The translations under genes were made by a program, and so were the position numbers. The notes beneath the pieces are model-generated. The model had not been told where the DNA came from. It did not search any database and worked only from the letters and a program-made list of their open reading frames with translations. From assembly GCF_009914755.1 (NCBI RefSeq), contig NC_060932.1: 64,000 bases of DNA; one strand, given 5' to 3'. Below are positions 54,751 through 64,000 of this stretch, one piece after another (position 1 is the stretch's first letter; the number at the start of each line of letters is the position of its first letter). Source of the stretch: the human T2T-CHM13v2.0 reference genome, Homo sapiens.

Positions 54751-56319
54751 TAATGAAACTGTACAGTATAAAATGGTAACACACTATTTACAACAATCTG
54801 ATAATCGGGAATAATTCTGAAAGAGTTGAATTGTGGTGATTTAATAAGTGTCAGTCACAAATACTTTTTGAGAATTTAAGTAAAATACTTTTGAACTATA
54901 ACTTTAAGTGTTTAAAAGAGGGAAATGGAACTAATATTTACCAGTTATATATTATTCAGTGAATTATTTCATCTATTCCTGACTTTGAGCATGCAAAATG
55001 AGAGACTGAGAGATAGTAAGAAAACTAACCAACGTATACATCTTCCGCAATGGCAGATCTAGTGATAAATCCAAGTCTATCTGACTTCACAAGTTGATTA
55101 TTCATGTAATTCCATGTTGAATTCCTTTGTGCAAACTTAAAATCTTTATGAATATCCCCTATATTGTGAGATGATATTTTGAGTTCTCAGAAATTCCATG
55201 AGACATTGGGCAGTGGGCACTGTTTTAGAAATATTTAACATAAAGTTTTCCTCTACTTTTCTTCACAGATTTTTCTCTGTTTGCCCAGAATTTGTGACTT
55301 ATCCTAAATTTCAACATTAAACCTCACTAATTTGGATCAAGGAGATAACAGTTGGGGTAGATGAGTGAAAAGTCCAAATTATAAGATACTCTTGAAGAAT
55401 CGTAGCTTCATCAGTTTTAGGTAGAGGGTGTAACTTGAACTGTCCTAATCCGGGTCACCTAACAGAAATTCTGTGGTAGATCAGATTAGAATGATTTCCA
55501 ATTAACATACCAAAGCACTCTAAAATCCTATTGATTGAAGCTTGTATTGCAGATTCCTTTCATGTGAAAAACACTAAATTGTTTAAAATTTAGTTTGTAT
55601 CCCTAACATAAATATTTTCATTTTATATCTCATTCTTTTAGACATCTTTTTTTTGACAATAAAAAGAATAAAATTTCTAAAAAGTCACTTCAGAATTCTC
55701 CACAAATGTTAAATTAGTAAAAGCAGAATTAGAGAGGCTTAGCTTCAGGAAAAAAAATTCAAAGGTAGTTATTAAAATGTCTAAAATCTAGACTGATGCT
55801 AAAAGGCTGATATCAAAGTTAGCCCCTCTGAGTTGAAAGAGAATTCATATGTATGACAAGTTCCAAAGATTCCTCCTGCAAGAGAAAATATTTGCAGTAG
55901 GGGACAGAGGAAAGCCTCTTTTATATTAATTTCTTGAGCTGCTTGTAGCCAGAACCATCCCCTCTGCTGTTCCCTGTCACTTTTGGAGGTCTTTGAGCCA
56001 AGCCCAAGCTGTCTGCCTGTCCCAATAGTGGTGTTTTCTCTTCAAAGAACCGTTGCCACAGCCTCGCAGTTCTGAGCAGGAATTGAAAAGCCTTTGAAAT
56101 CGGTGCAGCCTCACTGCACAGCTAGTAATAAGCATTAGAGAAAAACATGCAGCTCATTTGTTTAAAAGTTCATTCGCTTCAGTGTGATTTAGACAGATGT
56201 GAGGTGGGTTTTGCTTAGTGCTGCTCAGCCTGATGGCAAAGTAGAGCTAGGTCTCCTTTCAAAGACTTCCTCAGTCCCTGCCCATTGCTGAGCTTCTGCA
56301 ACAATGGGGCTTTGAAAGA

Positions 56320-56370
56320 GGAAAAAAAGGAAGAAGAAAAAGAAAGAAAGAAAGAGAAAAAGAGAAAGAG
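56320..56370. repeat. GA-rich (GAAA)n repeat
   Basis: Directly visible purine tract. Confidence 0.85.
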
Positions 56371-57537
56371 ATGACACCAGTGGGAGAGGCTGACAGCTCA
56401 GTCCAAACTCAAACAGCCCTTCTAGTGTCCAGGACAGAGGTGCACGTCTGAAGGTGGGGATGAGGTCTGGGTTCAGAACAGCCCAAAGAATTAATTTAAA
56501 AGAATTTCCCCACCCATTTTCTGTAAAGGCAGCAGCAAGCAGCTCTGGTAAAATAGTTCCCAGATCACAGGGCAGTTAGCCATGTAGATTCTGCTGTATT
56601 CCCAAAGAATACTATTTCCCGGAAATAAATCTGAAAAACAGTAGATGCTTCAGTTATTTTCTACCAGGCACAAATAACAAATAAATGCCATCCATATTTT
56701 TCATTGAATAGAGGATCTGAACAATCAACACACATTACTAACAACAGTTTATTTCCTCTAGAAACAATGCTCTTTGGAAAGAGGCTTGTGTTTATTAGTC
56801 ATGATGCATGCAGAGTAACAGTCATTTTGAGATGTGGAGCATTCAGTGCAATCAAGGTATGTTTTTGCTAACCTACACAGACATATTGATAGCATTGAGG
56901 TATGATGCTAATTCCACAAGCAAATGGATCTATTGTTATGATCTTGCTGAAAGCTTAGAAATTGCTTTTATATTTAAAACCTTATTTTGAGAGCTGTCAG
57001 GCTACAGATAATACAAATTCAGTTAAAGTGTGCCAGAGATTTTTGAAGGAAATCTGAGCAGGTACAAATGAAAAAATATAATGTATATAATATGAATATG
57101 ATGTATTTAAAAAAACATTTCTCGGTTAGCCTTTTAAATTACACCAAATGTGTATACATAATTAGAACAACCATATAATTTAATAGCTTGTAAACTAAAA
57201 GAAAGCTTCAAGAAATGAGAAAGCTAATTAGAAATGGGGACATGGGAAGACAATAATTTAATTAGAACTGAAATTGCCACATGCCTATAATTAAACAGTT
57301 GTGTGATAATTTGAGTGTGGCTAAATCCAGTGAAAATTTAGTCATCCACTGGAATGCTTTGTGAATGAATAGAAGTTAGCATATCTTGAAGATCCAATGA
57401 AGCAACCTGTGAATTAGGTCTGTAGAATGAAATGACTGTAAGTAAATCTTAGGGGAGAGTCAACTTGGAGTTGAACAAGAGCGTTTGAATCCTGTCTTCA
57501 TTGCCTATAGTTAAATAACCTTGAGCAATAAGTAACT

Positions 57538-57932
57538 GGGCTTCAGGATGGATTGCTCAGAAAGCAGATTTTGAGGTAAATTCTAGCATTCAGGATATTT
57601 ATGAAGGTGTGCCCTTGTAACGGACATTTGTAGAAAAGAGGGGAAAGAGACAGGAGTGGGTGGAGGAAGAAGTCAAGCTGCGACGCCTGTCTTGCTGAAG
57701 CCCCAGATGAAAATCACAGAACTCGGGAGCTCAAGTGGCTCTTTAGGGATAGCCAACTTTATATTCTAGCATCTATCAGTCATTGGATGAGGAGCACTGA
57801 GAGAAGAGGTTTAACCTTGGGAAAGGAGCTCTCATCATTGAGAAAGTTCCTGAGGAGCTCATACCTGAAGGCTGTCTGCTGATAGCACTCCTAACAGTGG
57901 GGGATGTGAGTGGTACATGTTGATGTCAACCA
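57538..57932 (-). mobile_element. LTR16-type ERVL LTR inserted into a MIR
   Basis: aagcagattttgag...gaggaagaagtcaagctgcgacgc...cagtcattggatg...aaccttggg, with MIR-like flanks on both sides. Confidence 0.7.
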
Positions 57933-59650
57933 GAGTAATGGTTCTCAGCCACAGTTAGCTTTCTATAAAATGAATATAACAATACCTACAACTCATAGGT
58001 TTGTCCTGTTGGACAGTGCCTAATGAATGGTTGCAATTATTATACATTTCAAAATGGACATCATTATTTGAAGACCGACTAGGAAATCATCCTACAATTG
58101 ATTACATAAAATAACATTAAAGTAATATTTTAATTACAAAAAAAGAATATGCAACTACTAAGTGTTTATTACCATTCTCCTTATTATTTATAAATATTAC
58201 AAAAGTTCTAAATAGTAGGTGAATAGCATCTCAGGACATTTAAAGGGTGCAGCTAATTCTCGGCTCTCAGTGGCTCAAATATGTAGTCTGGTGCATAATC
58301 TGTAGTAGTATTGTTTGATGTACTTAAAGTAACTGCTTTGATACTGTTGAATATGACATCATAGACAATGGCTCTTGTGCCCTAGCAGAACTGCTGTCCC
58401 TTAACTTTTATTAACTCAAATATGTAATACCACTGATCTTTTTTGAAGCCCTCTGATACTTCATGGTGTCTTCTTGTACCCAAGACCAAGTCTTAATGGG
58501 TTATTTTTTCTATTCATAGTTTAGCAATGCAGGAATATTTGCTGTTTAGCTGTAAGGAGCTGACTCATTTTTTAATGGTACTGTCATTTCATAGATAGGC
58601 TCTGTTTGTACTATTTGAGTATTAGATACGATGCTATAAAAAGAAACTATATGTACTGTATACTTTTTTCTTTTTGTTGCATTTAAATATTAAGACTAAG
58701 TTTATTAAGACAATAAAGCCAATAGAGAATACATTACCAATGTGCTTCTTCAATGTTTCAGCAGCACAGTATTTTAAAGTCTGTGGGAGTCTGAAATCTT
58801 TATGTCTCACATATTATTTTGAGCAATTATCACCTAGTTAGAAATATAAAACCAGAAAAAAAAACCATGTCACACGAATTCTTTCCTTTGCAGATTCAGA
58901 GCAAAAGACTAAAGGTTTGAAAAAAAATATTGATTGATAAATGAAAAGAGTCTTCTTGCATATTCTATTTTCTTAATCGATGATACATTTCAGTGTGTTA
59001 CTTTCAGAGAAAAGCAAAATTATCACTGATACATGTGATAGTATATTTGTAGTCAACTTTATCACAAAATTTTTCATGCAGAATAAATCGTTGACAATGA
59101 TAAGTTGTCTTACTGCCTTGTAGCTTCACATAAAAATAGATATTTTCAGTATTTTTAAAGTGTCAAAAGTTAATCATTCTTTTGGCTTAATCATAGATGT
59201 TCAGATTTACTTTACTCTTAGTATTTTAAGTTGCCTTGTATTAATTTATCTTGACTAACAAACAATTTTATGACTGAGTCAGAATAAAACTATTTTGATC
59301 TAGATTATTATTCAATTACATCTACCTCATAATGTTCAAAGCAACTACCATAATGAAGATGGACCTGTCCTGAATGTCAAAATTCTAAACACAGAATATT
59401 TGGGGGTGGGAGGTGGACATGATTTATCACCAGTCTGAGACAACAGATGGAAAGATAGATGATTATAATAAGGATGAAAGTATCCTGAGAAAACACACAT
59501 TGAAAACAAAGTTGCAAAAAAACAGCCAGGATGGTGAAAGCACGGCGAGGTGTATGGAAATCAGCAATTAGTTCCCACAAACTCATGTGGGGCATCTTCT
59601 TTGGGGCAGGCCCTGCCCCACATACTACATGTGCATTTGATAGATGGTAA

Positions 59651-60049
<399 letters not shown>

Positions 60050-60420
60050 TAGTGATGTTTCTAAGGTAACAAAGTTACTTAGTGGAATCTGAACCAAAAT
60101 TCCAATCTCTTGACATCAGTTTGGTACTCATTTTCTTCACCATTCTAGATTCTATCATTATGGATATTTCTAAAAATTATATGTGGTATTTTCCAACATT
60201 AGCTTTATGTAGGACATGATAGAAGAGTCTTTCCTGGAGCATGCTCATATTAACTTGCTCAGATCCTAAGTCAACCAAACATATTAAGATGGGATTTAAA
60301 AAATAAGGAGAGGGCCTTTGTGTTATAAGATGTTTGAGAACAGTACAAAAATCACAAAAATGAAAATGTTTGTAAGAGTAGGATTAGAAAGACACATCAA
60401 TGGAACCGTTTTAAAACAGG

Positions 60421-60934
60421 TTTTATTAGTAAGGTATGATGAGGCCAACAGATCAGGAGATGACTGGCATTGAATGACAGTTTGTAACTCACAGTTACCA
60501 AGAGAAATGGAGATGTCATGCCAGGCGGGGCCACATGAGAAGGCACTGTGATCAGTCAGGAGACATGAGTAAGGGATAATGTGGGTGGAAGCCTTTATTG
60601 TGGTTTCCAGAGGAAGGAATGGATAAGGCAGGATAAGCGGGCATGAGATTGGCCTGTTTAAATAATTTCAGTGGGCTCTGGGGTGTAGGAATTGTCTCTA
60701 GTTTTCTGGTACTGGCACCTGGAGTGATCAGGGAAGGGAAATAGTGGCCCAGAGTGTAAGCAAAATAGAGGAAGTGATGGGGATGGGTGAGCTCTGATTT
60801 GTTTGGTTTGTATAGGAAAGGCACACTTCCGGGAAAGTCATTTACTATTCCAGGAATTGGCTAGGCCTGGGACAAACAATCCCTTCAGAGTCAGCAAGTC
60901 CCCAGATGTCAAAACATCAAAAATGGTTAATACA
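60421..60934 (-). mobile_element. ERVL LTR (MER74-like)
   Basis: The minus strand begins tgtattaaccatttttgatgttttgacatctgggg...ctagccaattcct and carries an aataaa polyA signal (top strand tttatt at ~60594). Confidence 0.7.
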
Positions 60935-61103
60935 AGAACAAAATAGAACATCTAAAATCAGAATCAAAAATACCACACATTTACTGTAAGATTAAGAGAG
61001 ATTTAAAATTAGCATGAACAGGGCTGTGAAAAATGTAGGATTTACATGTAAACTTTACATGTTGTAATATTTATATGTATCAAAATGTAATCATAATAAA
61101 TAG

Positions 61104-62394
61104 AATTTTATTAACACAGATTAACAAGGATAAATTCCTGCCAACTGTTGTAACAGGGGCTTTCTTGCAGGGTATATCTACTTTGAGGTGTTTCCATGGA
61201 ACCAATTCTGACATCTTAAAATTCCCTAGGAAAATGGCCCAAGAATGTGGAACCAGAGTAATATGAAAATACTCTTTCAAAGGTCTTCTTGTCAAAATTT
61301 TAGAGACTATCACGTTTTCTTCTAGATTAATGTGATATCATATTTATTTTATGAAAGGTAGTCTTTCATAAACTAATCCATTACTTAATAGAAGCAATAA
61401 TGTTAGTATAAGTAACATGAAGACATTCTCCATTGCATAAGCTTACATCAGACCAGAATAACCCACTGACAGTTAACAGCCTAATATTCATAAATGATAT
61501 AATAAGCACCCTATTATTTACACCTTTAACCTAACACAGGTATGCTCTAAGGAAGGACTGCAAAAAGTAAAAAGAACTCGACAAATCATGCCCTGCCTGT
61601 TTACCAAAAACATCACCTCTAGCATTACCAGTATTAGAGGCACTGCCTACCCAGTGACTTATGTTCAATGGCCGTGGTATCCTGACCGTGCAAAGGTAGC
61701 ATAATCACTTGTTCCTTAACTAGGGACTTCTATGAATGGCCACACGAGGGTTCAGCTGTCTCTTGTGAAAGGTAGTCATTCATAAAATAAATATGATATC
61801 ACATTAATCTAGAAGAAAATGTGCTGATCTCTAACATTTCAAAAAGAAGACCTTTGAAAGATTTTGGTGGAAGATATAGTTTGTTTCCAAATAGTCTAGG
61901 ATCAAGAGATGATTTACCCTGATCACTCCATTAATTTAATATAACTTTTTCTTTCACTGACACAATTGCATAGTCTAGATTGCCTAAGTTCTAGTAACAA
62001 CACTGTTACAGTTTCAATTTCTGGAGATTTTCACATATTATTCTCTCAAGGTGTCCAGTGGTGATATAATATTCCCACACCCTTGAATTTATTCCTTGGA
62101 CGTTAAAGAACTCTGTAAACCTAGCAGAAATTGCAATGTCTGACTAGATCCATGGGAGTTCTAGTTTAGAGAAGGTCTCAGGCACTTTGTAGTAGGTCAT
62201 CACTTGCACACCATGAAGAGTATTTTCATATTAATCTGATTTCACATTCTTGGGCCATTTTCCTGGGCATTTTAAGATGTCAGAATTGGTTCCATGAAAA
62301 CACCTGAAAATACTCCTGTGATATACCCTGCAAGAAAGCCCCTATTACAACAGTTGGCATGAATTTATCCCCATTAATCTGTGTTAATAAAATT
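61104..62394. repeat. Long inverted repeat: left arm 61104-61357, right arm 61778-61860 plus 62217-62394
   Basis: tctagattaatgtgatatcatatttattttatgaa pairs with ttcataaaataaatatgatatcacattaatctaga. ggaaaatggcccaagaatgtg pairs with cacattcttgggccattttcc. Confidence 0.95.
61373..61764 (+). pseudogene. NUMT: nuclear copy of a mitochondrial 16S rRNA (MT-RNR2) fragment
   Basis: Matches mt-16S landmarks taatgttagtataagtaacatga, gcctgtttaccaaaaacatcacctctagcat, ccgtgcaaaggtagcataatcacttgttccttaa and cgagggttcagctgtctctt. It is clearly diverged from modern human mtDNA. Confidence 0.96.
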
Positions 62395-64000
62395 TATGCA
62401 AGTAAATACTTTCATCAAATGTACACACTTTGGATGAAATGAAAGGAATAAAATATTTTAACATTTCTTGAGTAATAAACAAAGTGCATTTCTTTTCAGA
62501 ATATTGTTTCTTAATTTTGGTAGTAAACTTCTGAAATGCATCTTCTAATTAGAAACCTTCTTGAATATTTCACTTCAGAAACTCTGAAACACTTCAGAAA
62601 AATTCTGAAACACCATTAATTAAGAAATTAGCTCTCAAAATAAACTGTGATTTTGAATTTTTAATGCCTTTTTCTATTCCACATAATGATTCTAGTTAAG
62701 TCACAAATGGTATTTAACAGCTGTTTTATACAATTCAATATCTTAATAGCAATTAAGGCAGATTACAACCTAAATAGAATCAGTTCAAGGTATTAAATTA
62801 GGGGCAACCCCGTGCTTCAGAATCAAGTAGATGAGGAAGTTCCTGGCTGCCTGACAAGACTCCATATGCTACTAAATATGCAAAGCTAGATTGGGAGATT
62901 TTGTGTTTTGGAACTGTAGGCAGTGGCAATTCAGGAATATTTAGCACTAATGAAGAGCATCAGATCAGTTCAAGTTAATTAGCATTTATCCTTCCTCCTT
63001 CACTGAGTCCTTCTATCATGCTTCATTCAACATTAAATCTAAGCATGTACTATTAGAAATAAAAGTGGGGCCTGAATTACCTATCCTTGGAAAAAACTGG
63101 CAGCTGAACAACAGCTTTCCACATTCATTTGTCAACATTATCAATGTATTCACTTTACAGAGGCACCATTTCTGTTCTGTTTAAAAAATATTTCCTCATT
63201 TTAAACATAACATTTAAATGTAGTAATATTTAATTCATAGAATAAAATATTAATACTTCAAAATTCCAACTAACAAAATAAGGCCTGGTCTTCTATTTTT
63301 CCACTTTTCTTCCTCAACTAATATTTTAATATATTATGAATATAAAGCAGCACTTTTAATATCACAGCTCATATAATTATTTACACTGTTATTTAAATGT
63401 CTTATTTTTATAGATTGAAAGTATCATTTGTGGTCTGAAGCATATTAGCATTTTCTGAAAGGAGAAAATAATTTCCATTTGAGTGGTGTGAGTTAGAATC
63501 TATAATGTTTGTGTACTTAAATTTGTTTCTATTTCCAAACTCTTCTATTTATTTCTATTTAAATAAACAAAGTTTTTTTTAACTAGAATATTTTTTGCTT
63601 TAGATCATACGTAATATTTCCCTTTCCGGGTCTCCCTATACTTTTATATATACAAGAAGCTCAAATCTCTAGAAACTCATCTAAGGCAGAGCTATAATAA
63701 GTAGATCATTTGATTCATTAATTCCTTAATTCATTTGTTCTTTAAATATTGCTTGGTACCTTCTATTTACTATTCAGTGTAAGAACTAATCTTCCTTGAA
63801 GCATGTAAATCCAACTAAACTATTAGCTTTACCAACAATTTTATATATTTTTCACTTTTATTCTGTTTTGGGGGCTTCTTTTTCCACTCCTTTACTTAGT
63901 AAATGTGTGACTTTGGACAAGTGAATCAATTTAGTGAGCCCTCACTTTTCTTACAGAATTTGGAGGATGTATGAAATATGCATGAGGAAGTGATTTTAAA

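Noticed and set aside
61590-61662. SHLP1-like antisense peptide in the NUMT (SHWVGSASNTGNARGDVFGKQAG)
   Set aside because: The start codon is changed to ATA, there is no in-frame upstream ATG and the original stop is lost.
61373-61764. Functional rRNA gene
   Set aside because: Only a diverged internal fragment embedded in nuclear repeats, so it is called a NUMT pseudogene.

Overview
AT-rich, repeat-dense primate (human-like) nuclear DNA with no supportable protein-coding gene. The longer ORFs in the track fall in Alu, L1 ORF2 remnants, LTR12 or microsatellites. The window holds seven Alus, many L1/L2/MIR fragments, a complete solo LTR12C (ERV9), THE1/MLT1/ERVL LTRs and MER2/MER44A/MER5A DNA-transposon fossils. 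The most unusual structure is at 61.1-62.4 kb: a ~390-bp mitochondrial 16S rRNA fragment (NUMT) sits at the apex of a long inverted repeat, flanked by a 21-bp direct duplication of the hairpin tip, and it ends inside a truncated humanin-like ORF. Other observations are a second AT-rich palindrome with a rearranged apex (4.3-4.7 kb), an ungapped 182-bp direct duplication (48.8/50.4 kb), two tiny L1 insertions with atypical 5' ends, candidate exons downstream of LTR12C and a TCF/LEF+SOX motif cluster. Subfamily names come from recalled consensus sequences, and boundaries of old repeats are approximate.
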